From an uncultured virus (IMG/VR IMGVR_UViG_2690315617_000001) (Duplodnaviria; Heunggongvirae; Uroviricota; Caudoviricetes): a stretch of 64,000 bases of DNA. The number at the start of each line of letters is the position of its first letter. The first letter of the stretch is position 1. The stretch lies in the IMG/VR virus record IMGVR_UViG_2690315617_000001, one strand, 5' to 3'. Position numbers and translations under genes: made by a program. The notes under the pieces were generated by a model that had not been told where the DNA came from, ran no database searches, and worked only from the letters and a program-made list of their open reading frames with translations. Below are positions 1 through 8,415 of the stretch, piece after piece.

Positions 1-210
1 TCATCCTCTCAAGCCGTCACGCCAATTGACCATCCGCCGCAGCTCGGCAAAGCCGGCCTCCAGCGCCTCCATGTAGGTGCCGAACGCCTCCGGGCTGCCC
101 TTGAACTCGTCGTACTGGCGTGCGTCATCCTTCGACTCGATCAGCACCCAGTAGAAGTGGCCAGGCTCCTGCTCGTCGACGGTCAAGGCGATTTGGCGGA
201 GGTGGTCCAT
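1..210 (-). CDS. Small hypothetical protein (MDHLRQIALTV...)
   Basis: ATG at 210, 69 aa, divergent from the LexA-box gene. Confidence 0.6.
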   Translation of the reverse strand: MDHLRQIALTVDEQEPGHFYWVLIESKDDARQYDEFKGSPEAFGTYMEALEAGFAELRRMVNWRDGLRG

Positions 211-263
211 GGAAACATTCTGCACGCTGGGATCTGTTGACGGCCGAAAAGCCGAGGAAGATA

Positions 264-279
264 CTGTATCTCCATACAG
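264..279. promoter_or_regulatory. LexA (SOS) box CTGT-N8-ACAG
   Basis: CTGTATCTCCATACAG, matches the gamma/betaproteobacterial consensus, 16 nt upstream of ATG 296. Confidence 0.85.
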
Positions 280-295
280 TCTTTTGGAGATCACC

Positions 296-703
296 ATGAA
301 CGAAGAGCACCGCCGCCTGATGGCCCGCTCTGACTGGACAATCCGCTTCGACCGAGAGTGGAGACGCCTCTCGGAAAGGTCTTTTGACCCCGAGGACGGC
401 GACTCCATGGCCCTCACCCTCCACCCGCTCTTTGGGCATCGCCCTGCCGAAGAAGCTGCACGCGACTACTGGCAGGCCTGCCAATCGCCGAACCAGTGGG
501 AGAACCACCCGAAGCGCCAGATCGAAGACCTCGCCAGGCAGCATGGGCTGGTGCCTGAGGGCGCCGTCGTGCCCGAGGCTCTGCAGAGCTTCGCCGCAGG
601 GGTGGGCGAGCTCTGCGCTTTCGTGGGCGACCGCTACCGCGACCCCCACATCGGCAGCGCCGGCGACGCAATCCGGGCCCGGTATGGACTGGTGCCGTTC
701 TGA
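296..703 (+). CDS. Hypothetical protein, probably SOS-inducible
   Basis: GGAGA RBS and ATG 296 directly after the LexA box. Confidence 0.7.
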   Translation: MNEEHRRLMARSDWTIRFDREWRRLSERSFDPEDGDSMALTLHPLFGHRPAEEAARDYWQACQSPNQWENHPKRQIEDLARQHGLVPEGAVVPEALQSFAAGVGELCAFVGDRYRDPHIGSAGDAIRARYGLVPF

Positions 704-993
704 TGAAAGACGTCGAGTACTTCACCTTCATCGTGCCACCTGACATCTGGCGCAAGAAGGCAAGCCCCTACCCACACAAGATGTCGATGGAAGACGCGGA
801 GAGGCGCTTCCCAGGTGCTACGCCAATCCTGAGCAGCCGGGAGGTTCGCAGGCTGCCGGCAACAGAGGCCGAGATCCGTGCAGAGGTGATGAAGTGCCCT
901 CAGGGCTACAGCGGCATCAACAAGACTGAAACGGAGATTGGCCGTCGGATTCAAGAGTACGAGAAGTTCACGAAGGGGCCAAGTGGCCGCTGA
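703..993 (+). CDS. Hypothetical protein
   Basis: TGATG overlap with the upstream gene, 96 aa. Confidence 0.6.
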   Translation: MKDVEYFTFIVPPDIWRKKASPYPHKMSMEDAERRFPGATPILSSREVRRLPATEAEIRAEVMKCPQGYSGINKTETEIGRRIQEYEKFTKGPSGR

Positions 994-1073
994 CGGTATC
1001 AAGGTTGCGCTGCGCAGTTGTACGATCCTGGGCACTCGCCGCCAGATCATGGGCGAAGCGGCATCAAAGAAAA

Positions 1074-3083
1074 ATGAACCCAGCCCCTCAGCCTTCCGCC
1101 CCTGACCTCGTTCAGATCCTCACGACCCTGCTGGTAGCTATGGCGATCATTGCTGCCGCCGCATGGGGAATCGCCCTGGTTTTGGGTGCGCTCGATCTAG
1201 ACCCCCCAAAACTGCCGACCTGGGCGTTGCTGCGACATCGCGGAGAGATGCAGGTCAGCCCAGAGCCCATCGAGCGAGCAGTGTTCGTGATCCTCGCGGC
1301 CCTGACACCGCCAGCGCTTCTCGCCTGGGCCTGGTTGTTGAGACAGAAGATGCCGACGGCGCGGATGATTCCGGCCTTATCCTTCCTAACAGCCGCCTTG
1401 TTCTGCGGCACGTTCGTCTCGACGGAGATCGTCGACCTGATGTTTTTTCCGTCGTCGTGGTCGAAAGCACATCGAGTCGAGCTCGTCAGCGTGGCGGCCC
1501 TGCTGGCGGTCACCGTGCTCGCGCTGAGCATGCGCTCTTCTGCCGCGACGCCACCGACCCGCAGGGGCGCCTGGGTCGCTGTAGCCTTCGCGGCTCTCTC
1601 GGCGCTCGTGCTGCAGGTGCTACCGTTCCGCGTCTTCTCGATCGCGGCCGTGACTCGTGTGGCCAATTGGGGCGTCAGCTTCGATACCGTCATGTACGCG
1701 CTCAGTCAGGTGGTCGCTGGCAAGACTCTGCTGGCCGACCTGCCCTCGCAGTACGGCTTCTTCCCCGAGCTGGTCGCCCCGGTCTTCAAGGTGATTGGCC
1801 TATCGGTGACCACCTTCACCGCGTTCTTCGCCGTGTTGCAAATCGCGGCCTTGTGCGCGATCGCCCTCGTGCTCCGTCGCCACGTCCGAAGCCACTGGAT
1901 AGCCATCGCAACATTCCTCACCGCGCTTATCCCGACCAGCCTCTTCTTCCTGCTGAACGGCGACAGCGCCGAGCCCTACTTTCAGTATTTCCCCATCCGC
2001 TTCTTCTGGCCGGCCATCGCCCTACTGCTCTTCTCTCGATACGTCGCGCGCCCCAACCACCTGGCGCTTGCCGTGATGGGCACTGTGGCAGGCATCGCGC
2101 TGGTGTGGAACATTGACACGGGGATCCCCATCATCGCGGCGATAGGGGCGACGATGATCGCCCGCGCCATAGTGGCGCCGCGTGCCGGGCGCCTGGGCAT
2201 CGCGCCGGCCTTCACTTTCGGCATCATCGCTCTCGTGATCGCCGTCGGCTTCCTCGCTCTCTTGAAGGTGAAGGCCAGCGGCCCGCTGCACATCGATGCG
2301 GCGCTGGAGTATCAGCGCGTCTTCTACGGCGCAGGGTTCGGTATGCTGCCGATGCCGCTGTCGGCACACCCGTGGCAGGCTGTGCTTGGCGTCTACCTCG
2401 CGGGCCTGATCACGGCCCTTGCAGGCTTCGCAAAGTCGCCGGGCAACAAAACCTTCGACGTGATCTTCTGCGCGTCCATCTTGGGCACCGGCCTCTTCAC
2501 CTACTACCAAGGGCGCTCCCACGACTATTGCCTACTCATGGTGTCCTGGCCCGCGCTGCTGGTGGCCGCCATCCTTGCCGACCAGGTGCTTCAAGCCGTC
2601 GCCAAGGATCGATTCCCGCGCTCAGCGCTGCTGCTGGCTCTGCCGTTCACCTTCTTCGTGTCCCTGGGCACGGTTGCGATAGCCGCGGCGGCCCCTCCCT
2701 TGCTCAGTGCCGATTTCCAGACTCTCGCCAATTGGAAAACCCCAAGAGATCCAGTCGTTGCCGACGAACTTGCGTTCATGCGCGACACGAGGAACGGCCG
2801 TCGCTGCCTGATTCTTGCCCAACGACACGCCATCTACTACGCCGAGCTGGGCTATTCATCGCCGCTGGCTGGGCCTGGTCTCATCGAAACCATCGTGCAG
2901 CCCGATTTGGACCGGTTGATCGCAGGCGCGACGCCCGATCAAGTCCAGTGCGTCTTTCTCGGCGTGACCCCAGGTTCCGAGACCTACATCGACGTGCGAG
3001 ACGAAGAGCTGCTGAAAATGTTCCCAACGCATGCCAAGAGCCGAGCGGGCACGATGTTCTTGCTCGAACCCGCGCACCAATGA
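1074..3083 (+). CDS. Polytopic inner-membrane protein, putative GT-C-fold surface-glycan modifying enzyme (moron)
   Basis: About 670 aa with more than 12 hydrophobic segments and a soluble C-terminal domain; opposite strand to the late operon. Confidence 0.6.
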   Translation: MNPAPQPSAPDLVQILTTLLVAMAIIAAAAWGIALVLGALDLDPPKLPTWALLRHRGEMQVSPEPIERAVFVILAALTPPALLAWAWLLRQKMPTARMIPALSFLTAALFCGTFVSTEIVDLMFFPSSWSKAHRVELVSVAALLAVTVLALSMRSSAATPPTRRGAWVAVAFAALSALVLQVLPFRVFSIAAVTRVANWGVSFDTVMYALSQVVAGKTLLADLPSQYGFFPELVAPVFKVIGLSVTTFTAFFAVLQIAALCAIALVLRRHVRSHWIAIATFLTALIPTSLFFLLNGDSAEPYFQYFPIRFFWPAIALLLFSRYVARPNHLALAVMGTVAGIALVWNIDTGIPIIAAIGATMIARAIVAPRAGRLGIAPAFTFGIIALVIAVGFLALLKVKASGPLHIDAALEYQRVFYGAGFGMLPMPLSAHPWQAVLGVYLAGLITALAGFAKSPGNKTFDVIFCASILGTGLFTYYQGRSHDYCLLMVSWPALLVAAILADQVLQAVAKDRFPRSALLLALPFTFFVSLGTVAIAAAAPPLLSADFQTLANWKTPRDPVVADELAFMRDTRNGRRCLILAQRHAIYYAELGYSSPLAGPGLIETIVQPDLDRLIAGATPDQVQCVFLGVTPGSETYIDVRDEELLKMFPTHAKSRAGTMFLLEPAHQ

Positions 3084-3111
3084 AAAAAGCCCCCAGCCCG
3101 AAGGCTGGGGG
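3083..3111. terminator. Intrinsic terminator ending the late operon, possibly bidirectional
   Basis: AAAAAA-G-CCCCCAGCC-CGAA-GGCTGGGGG hairpin between convergent genes. Confidence 0.8.
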
Positions 3112-3117
3112 TGATAG

Positions 3118-3435
3118 TCAACGCGGAGTTGGCAGCTTATTGGCTGGGAGGCTGTAGTGCGTCGGAGATGCGCTCGCAGCTGGCGCCGCGGATGGCGAGA
3201 TCGTCAGCGTAGTTGCCGATTGCTCCCGCAGCTTCGTCAGTCCTGCCATACAACTGGGCAAGCAGATCGAGGGGATCGGCACCTGGCTGACCCTTGCCTC
3301 TGGCGGTAGCCGCGGGATCTTGGCTGGCTCGGCGGACTGCTGCGATGTAGGCGGCGAGCTGGTCGCGCAGCTTGCCAGCAGCAGCGCTAGCGATAACGGC
3401 ATCAGCACGCGCTTGAACGAGTTTCGAGTTTGCAT
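3118..3435 (-). CDS. o-spanin (Rz1-like lipoprotein) overlapping Rz
   Basis: Lipobox LLLASC, Pro-rich, nested in an alternate frame of the i-spanin. Confidence 0.8.
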   Translation of the reverse strand: MQTRNSFKRVLMPLSLALLLASCATSSPPTSQQSAEPAKIPRLPPEARVSQVPIPSICLPSCMAGLTKLREQSATTLTISPSAAPAASASPTHYSLPANKLPTPR

Positions 3436-3673
3436 CTTGGGCCTCTTTGTCGGCTACTGCCTGTTTGCGTTGTTCCTCGGTGCGCTGGGCGCGGTCGGCG
3501 AGGATTCTGTTTTCGGCGGCGATGGTCTTCCACTCGGAGAATTCGAGCTTCGCCCGGGCGACGTTCGCTTTGGCGTTGCTGACCTGCACGCGCTGGCCCA
3601 GCAAGCCGGCCAGCAGCAGAGCGATGATCAACGGCTGCACCCACCAGGGGATCAGCTTTCCAAAGAAGCTCAT
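3137..3673 (-). CDS. i-spanin (Rz-like, DUF2514-type)
   Basis: N-terminal TM (WWVQPLIIALLLAGLL) followed by coiled coil; ends ...RGASCERISDAL. Confidence 0.85.
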   Translation of the reverse strand: MSFFGKLIPWWVQPLIIALLLAGLLGQRVQVSNAKANVARAKLEFSEWKTIAAENRILADRAQRTEEQRKQAVADKEAQDANSKLVQARADAVIASAAAGKLRDQLAAYIAAVRRASQDPAATARGKGQPGADPLDLLAQLYGRTDEAAGAIGNYADDLAIRGASCERISDALQPPSQ

Positions 3674-3843
3674 ACGGTTCTCCGACCGGCGCACAGCCGG
3701 CATTGCATGCGGGTGGCGGTACCAAGGAACACGCGGTTGCAGCCCCCGCAGACGTTCCAACGCGTCGGTTTGTCGAAGTCGTCGGGCCAGTCCCTCGGCT
3801 GCGCGGCGGCGCGCCGCTCGTCGACATCGAGGTCGGAGTTCAT
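3670..3843 (-). CDS. Small zinc-ribbon protein (57 aa)
   Basis: CGGC...CRLC; 4-nt overlaps with both endolysin and Rz. Confidence 0.6.
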   Translation of the reverse strand: MNSDLDVDERRAAAQPRDWPDDFDKPTRWNVCGGCNRVFLGTATRMQCRLCAGRRTV

Positions 3844-4481
3844 GCGAGTGCCGCGCGGGCCTTGGCGGCAAGCGCTTCCACGTCGGCCAGGCCGAAGTAC
3901 CCGCCGTTCACGACCTTGCGCACGGCACGCGTGTCGCCCAGTTTCGAGTCCGGCACCTTGCCCTCCCACCACTTGATGCAGAACTCGAGCGCGAAATGCG
4001 GCTGCTCGGCCAGCTCGGGTAGACCTACGAGATCCTGACCGACCAGGTCGCCCAGCCACAGGTAGTTGTCCTTGCCCGTGATGCCGATCGGCGTGCGGCC
4101 CGGGTACTTCGCTCCATCGCCACTACCCTCTGGCCCGTTGCCCATCCGGCCGCCGTAGCAGGCTTCGAAGAAGCGCGCCTCGTTGCGTGCGAGTTCGTCA
4201 GCGCGCGGCACCAGCGAGCGCCAGCGCGTGCCGGGCTTGCTGGCATTGCCGAGCTCGCGGATCCGGTCGGCGCTGTAGCTGCCGCTCTCCTTCATTTTCT
4301 CGAGCATGTCGCTCTCGTGCAGCACCGTCGGCAGGAAGTCGGCCAGATCGTTGTCGCCGGCGCTGAAGGTGCTGGGCTTGATCGTATCGGCGAACACAGG
4401 GGCCCAGCGGATGGCCACGGGCGCGCGGACGCCGCATTCCTGCAGGATGCGCAGCCAGTCGGAGACGGTGCGCGCGGTCAT
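3840..4481 (-). CDS. Endolysin, glycoside hydrolase family 19
   Basis: LHES, YGGRMGN, GDGAKYPGRTPIGITGKDNY and VNGG motifs. Confidence 0.9.
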   Translation of the reverse strand: MTARTVSDWLRILQECGVRAPVAIRWAPVFADTIKPSTFSAGDNDLADFLPTVLHESDMLEKMKESGSYSADRIRELGNASKPGTRWRSLVPRADELARNEARFFEACYGGRMGNGPEGSGDGAKYPGRTPIGITGKDNYLWLGDLVGQDLVGLPELAEQPHFALEFCIKWWEGKVPDSKLGDTRAVRKVVNGGYFGLADVEALAAKARAALA

Positions 4482-4840
4482 GGCGTGCCCTTCCCGACGT
4501 TGATGTCGATCTGGTCAGTGTCCACACCGCTCGTGACTGCGCCCGTCTTGACGGCCTGCTTAAGTGCAATTTCCTGCATCTTCTTCTGACGCCATGCGCG
4601 CAACGGCGGCGCCACAAAGGCTAGGTAGAGGCCCAGGATGAGCGCCTTGGTATCGCCGTCGAGCTTCGGTAGCACCATCCCGCCGAGGATGTCCCAGTGG
4701 TCGAACACGAACTGGACGATCTCGGGCGAAAACACGGCCGCACTCGTCAGCCACCCCACGATGAGGGACGAGCTGCGATACCAGCCGGCGGCGATCTGTT
4801 CGTCATACCAGGCCCAGAACTTGACTTTGAAGGTGTTCAT
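4478..4840 (-). CDS. Holin-like membrane protein
   Basis: Two hydrophobic segments, directly upstream of the endolysin with ATGA overlap. Confidence 0.6.
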   Translation of the reverse strand: MNTFKVKFWAWYDEQIAAGWYRSSSLIVGWLTSAAVFSPEIVQFVFDHWDILGGMVLPKLDGDTKALILGLYLAFVAPPLRAWRQKKMQEIALKQAVKTGAVTSGVDTDQIDINVGKGTP

Positions 4841-5028
4841 AGATGCTCTCCAGGTGATGCCCCAGCGCACTGCGCATAGAGGCGGATGACGACGGCGTAG
4901 TGATTGGCCCATTGCTCGGGAGTAGCCCGCGCAGGAACCTCTGGAAGCGGCGGGCACATGCGCTGTGCTTCAGGCGCAGCTGCGCACCCCGCGAGCCACA
5001 TCGCGAGGAAGATGAGAGCGGTCTTCAT
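4837..5028 (-). CDS. Small lipoprotein, o-spanin-like
   Basis: Lipobox LAGC; CPPLP...YAQC. Confidence 0.65.
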   Translation of the reverse strand: MKTALIFLAMWLAGCAAAPEAQRMCPPLPEVPARATPEQWANHYAVVIRLYAQCAGASPGEHL

Positions 5029-5486
5029 CTGGCCGGCCGCTCTTTCAGCTTCTCGTTCGCCTTGCGAATCTCTCGGTTGACGACCTCTGGCTGCACAGCG
5101 ACGGGAGGCGGCAGCGCGGGGATTGCCTTGGCCACCTTGGCAGCCTGCACGATCACCGCCTTCGCCACCTTGTCAGCTTTTTCGGCCGCGGCATCGACCT
5201 TGTCGGCCACCTCTGTGACGGCCGTTGTGGTGTCTTGCAGCTTTCCGGCCGTGACCGCCTGGGTACTGGCAGTTCCATCGAGGCGCTTGGTGATCTGGTC
5301 CATCTTTCCAGCGAGGTCGACGAACATGCCGCGATTCACTTCGCGTTCCTGCTGCAGGGTCTCGCGGTAGTAGGCTGAAGTGAGGGTGGTGCCAATCAGC
5401 GCGCCGGCGAGCACAAGAAGAGCCAGCGCGAACGTGGCTTTAATGTGGCCGCCGTAGCTACGGAGCTTCTGGAGCGTTTCATGCAT
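5025..5486 (-). CDS. Single-TM coiled-coil protein, i-spanin-like
   Basis: TM FALALLVLAGALIG followed by a long Ala/Lys helical region. Confidence 0.6.
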   Translation of the reverse strand: MHETLQKLRSYGGHIKATFALALLVLAGALIGTTLTSAYYRETLQQEREVNRGMFVDLAGKMDQITKRLDGTASTQAVTAGKLQDTTTAVTEVADKVDAAAEKADKVAKAVIVQAAKVAKAIPALPPPVAVQPEVVNREIRKANEKLKERPAR

Positions 5487-5826
5487 GGTTGCCCCCTTCG
5501 AGCAAACGAACTTCGGCCGTAAGCGCTTCGATTTTTTCGTTGGCCACTTGGAGTTGGAAGGTGAGCAGATCGACACTGTTTTTCAGGCTCCAAAGCTCGG
5601 AAGACATCGCCTCGACGCGCTTGTCGGCTGCATCTGCGCGCGCTACTGCACGGTCCCGCTCTTCCATGATTTGCTTCATGAGCTGATCGCTGGCACGTGC
5701 AGTCGCCAAAGCCGAACTCAGGGAAGAACTGAGCAACGGCCAGAGGAGTTTGTAAGCAACGCCGAAGATGAATAATCCAGCGCCGCCGGTGGCCCATGAG
5801 CCGAGATTGTCGAAATCCATCTTCAT
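5479..5826 (-). CDS. Holin/antiholin-like TM plus coiled-coil protein
   Basis: N-terminal TM and heptad region; first gene of the lysis cluster. Confidence 0.55.
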   Translation of the reverse strand: MKMDFDNLGSWATGGAGLFIFGVAYKLLWPLLSSSLSSALATARASDQLMKQIMEERDRAVARADAADKRVEAMSSELWSLKNSVDLLTFQLQVANEKIEALTAEVRLLEGGNHA

Positions 5827-5880
5827 GGTCCGAATAACTTGAGTTCGAGGGAGGTGTCGTGGCGCATATGCCTCCAGGCA

Positions 5881-5904
5881 AAAGAAAACCCGCCGAAGCG
5901 GGTT
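5881..5904 (-). terminator. Intrinsic terminator after the tail fibre genes
   Basis: AACCCGC-CGAA-GCGGGTT with U-tract on the minus strand. Confidence 0.75.
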
Positions 5905-5924
5905 GAGTTGGGAGTGGCAACGCC

Positions 5925-6371
5925 TCAGAGCTTTGCCGCGGCTGTGAACAGCGCATCGAGCGCTTCCCCGTCGAGTTCGAGCGCCGGGCCGAGAAGCGCC
6001 ACGATCGCCGAGTTGCGCTCCACCGTCGACGAGTAGTCCCACTCGATCTGTGCGGCTTCCCTTTTGGGGCTCTGCAGCGCGGCGATCGCAGCGTCCACGG
6101 CCGTTAACTTGCCTGCTGCCAGCAGCGCCAGACGCGCTTGGCGCATCGTGACTTGAGAAGGCACTGCGGGCGCGGGCGCGGGTGGCGCCGGAGGTGCTGG
6201 AGGCGGTGCGAAAGCTTCGCCATCGAAGCTGTAGCCAATGCTAGCCACATCACCTGCTTCGAGAAGGCGAGCCGTCACCCCTTCAGGCGGCTGCCAAGCC
6301 TCTGAGTCGCCATCCCAAACAATCACATTCGTGACAAGGTTGTTTTCGATCAATGCGTAACTGTTGGTCAT
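5925..6371 (-). CDS. Tail fibre assembly/chaperone protein
   Basis: YALIENNLVTNVIVWDG and VTMRQARLAL...IEWDYS motifs; follows the fibre gene. Confidence 0.75.
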   Translation of the reverse strand: MTNSYALIENNLVTNVIVWDGDSEAWQPPEGVTARLLEAGDVASIGYSFDGEAFAPPPAPPAPPAPAPAVPSQVTMRQARLALLAAGKLTAVDAAIAALQSPKREAAQIEWDYSSTVERNSAIVALLGPALELDGEALDALFTAAAKL

Positions 6372-6374
6372 TTT

Positions 6375-7685
6375 TTACCACTCGATCATGAGAAAGCCAG
6401 CCTTGCCAGCACCGCCTGCGGCGCCGGCACTCGTCGCAGTGCCGGAATAAGACCCTCCGCCGCCGCCACCACCAGATCCAAATCCTGTTGCAGCAACGCC
6501 CGTCAGGTTTGAATTAGCAGCACCGCGCCGCGATGAGCCGGCATTCCCAAAAATGCTGTTCGCACCGAAGCCGCTAGAGCCTGTGACATTGACTTGCGCA
6601 TCGGAAGCGTCTGCCCCTACGGCGCCTGCGAACGTTGCACCTGTACCGGCTGTTCCACCTGCGCCGCCTGCGCCCCCTGCATAGGCTGAGCCAGTAGTGC
6701 CCCCCGCGCCGAGAACACCGCCGCCGCCACCGTTGAGGACCACCAGAGAACCGAAGGAAGTTGTGCCGCCCGCGCCACCATTGCCACTGATGGCTCCGGC
6801 AGCTCCTGCTCCGCCGATGGTCACGGTAATGGAGGCTCCTGGTGTTACGGAAATCGCTTCGCGAACTGCAGCTGCGCCGGCTCCGCCACCACCACCTCCC
6901 GCGACGATATTGCCTGTGGCACTGACCGGCAAGGTGCCGCCGCCACCTCCGCCGCCGCCGACACCAGTGACGTAGACCGTGGTGACGTACCACGGCACAA
7001 CAAAGCTCCCACTCGAAGTGAAACGTGCCATCGGTTTCACGAAGGGCGCTGGAATGAATGGGGCGAGACTGTACGCGCTGATATTCGCGTTGACCACGGT
7101 GCTAGCGCCGTTAGCGACGGTGACGACATAAAGGCCAACGTAGCCGGCATCCGGCGCTGGCGTGGTCTGCGTGCCCGTCGTTGCAGCGGTGCCTGCCTTC
7201 GCCGAAATCGCCACAGCCCCTGCGCGCGTTGTTGGCTGTGCCGTGCCGCTGTTTGCAGGTCCTGAGTACGCAACAGACGGGTTGCTCGCGTTGTAGTAGG
7301 GGAGCACTGTGCTGCCGCCGTCGGTGTCCTGATAGCTGGCCTGGATCAGGTAGTTCACCGAGAAGCCCGCGGTGCCCGGCGCGGCAACTGCGATGGTGCG
7401 CGCGTCAAGCGAAATACCCTGCTTCAGGATGTTGTGCGTCAGATCTTGCGGCAGCGAACTGTAAGCAGTGCCTTCGAGGTTCTGCAGGCTGTAGATGTCC
7501 CCTGGGGCAACCAGCACAGCCATCGATGGAACAACCGTCTGAGTGGTGGCGAAACCGCTCACGCACGACGCGGTGCCGAGAATCGCCGCAGCTAGCCGCG
7601 ATAGACCGATCATCGTGAACTGGTTCGTTTTCAGCAGGTCCGTTTCGAGTGGCACCTGCCCGGGATAGTTGATATTGCGATCCAT
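6375..7685 (-). CDS. Tail fibre protein with glycine-rich C-terminus
   Basis: MDRNINYPGQVPLETDLL N-terminus; GGGGGG repeats ending in FLMIEW. Confidence 0.85.
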   Translation of the reverse strand: MDRNINYPGQVPLETDLLKTNQFTMIGLSRLAAAILGTASCVSGFATTQTVVPSMAVLVAPGDIYSLQNLEGTAYSSLPQDLTHNILKQGISLDARTIAVAAPGTAGFSVNYLIQASYQDTDGGSTVLPYYNASNPSVAYSGPANSGTAQPTTRAGAVAISAKAGTAATTGTQTTPAPDAGYVGLYVVTVANGASTVVNANISAYSLAPFIPAPFVKPMARFTSSGSFVVPWYVTTVYVTGVGGGGGGGGTLPVSATGNIVAGGGGGGAGAAAVREAISVTPGASITVTIGGAGAAGAISGNGGAGGTTSFGSLVVLNGGGGGVLGAGGTTGSAYAGGAGGAGGTAGTGATFAGAVGADASDAQVNVTGSSGFGANSIFGNAGSSRRGAANSNLTGVAATGFGSGGGGGGGSYSGTATSAGAAGGAGKAGFLMIEW

Positions 7686-7698
7686 GGAATCTCCAATG

Positions 7699-7731
7699 AA
7701 AAAAGCCCGCGGCACTCAGTGCTCACGGGCT
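7699..7731 (-). terminator. Hairpin/terminator before the tail fibre gene
   Basis: AGCCCG...CGGGCT stem with T6 on the minus strand. Confidence 0.6.
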
Positions 7732-7752
7732 CGGGGAAAGAAACGAATGTCT

Positions 7753-8415
7753 TCAGGACTTGATCGTGGTCCAGATCACGGTGCCTACGGGCTTCACGCT
7801 GTCAATTGCGGCCAAGATGTCGGCGTCGGTGACCTGACCGATGACCATGGCCAGGCTGCCATACATACTCACTGGTGGCGTGCGGTAGGCGCCTTGTGGA
7901 TTGCCGTAGCCCGCGATGTTCGGAATGCCTGCGCTCGCTGGCCGGAACGCGATCAAGAACATCTGCGAGGGCAACAACTGCGAGCCGTAATATCCGGCCA
8001 CAGCGTAGCCGCTGGTGGGGATACCGTAGGCACCAGTGTCGCCTGGCTGCTGAGGCTCCACAAGGATCGGTGCGCGCCCAGTAAGGTCCGTGAGCACCTG
8101 AATCAGCGCCCTCCGCGTTGCCCGCTCACGGAACAAGTTCGCGATGATGATGGCCCGAAAACTAGCGTCGCTCTGATTTGGCTTGCGTGCGATGCGCGTG
8201 CCAAAGAAGTCACCAGCGATGAGGTCAAGCCATCCATCGGTTGCAGTCTTGATGCGTGTCTGCATCTGCGCATAGAGGTATAGCGAGTAGATGAACACCC
8301 AGGCCTGCGCGAGGCCCGACAGAAGCGCATCGAGGATGGGCGACGAGTCCGCGAACCAGCGCGGGAGTGTCGACTTGATCCGTGCGCGGAAATCGGTGAG
8401 ATCTCCTGTTGCCAT
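7753..8415 (-). CDS. Baseplate wedge protein (gpI-like)
   Basis: TATDGWLDLIAGDFFG motif; position after baseplate J. Confidence 0.7.
   Translation of the reverse strand: MATGDLTDFRARIKSTLPRWFADSSPILDALLSGLAQAWVFIYSLYLYAQMQTRIKTATDGWLDLIAGDFFGTRIARKPNQSDASFRAIIIANLFRERATRRALIQVLTDLTGRAPILVEPQQPGDTGAYGIPTSGYAVAGYYGSQLLPSQMFLIAFRPASAGIPNIAGYGNPQGAYRTPPVSMYGSLAMVIGQVTDADILAAIDSVKPVGTVIWTTIKS

Noticed and set aside
6375..7685. Tail fibre as a remote DGR target
   Set aside because: No similarity to the TR seen at its 3' end; no third VR found by eye in the window.
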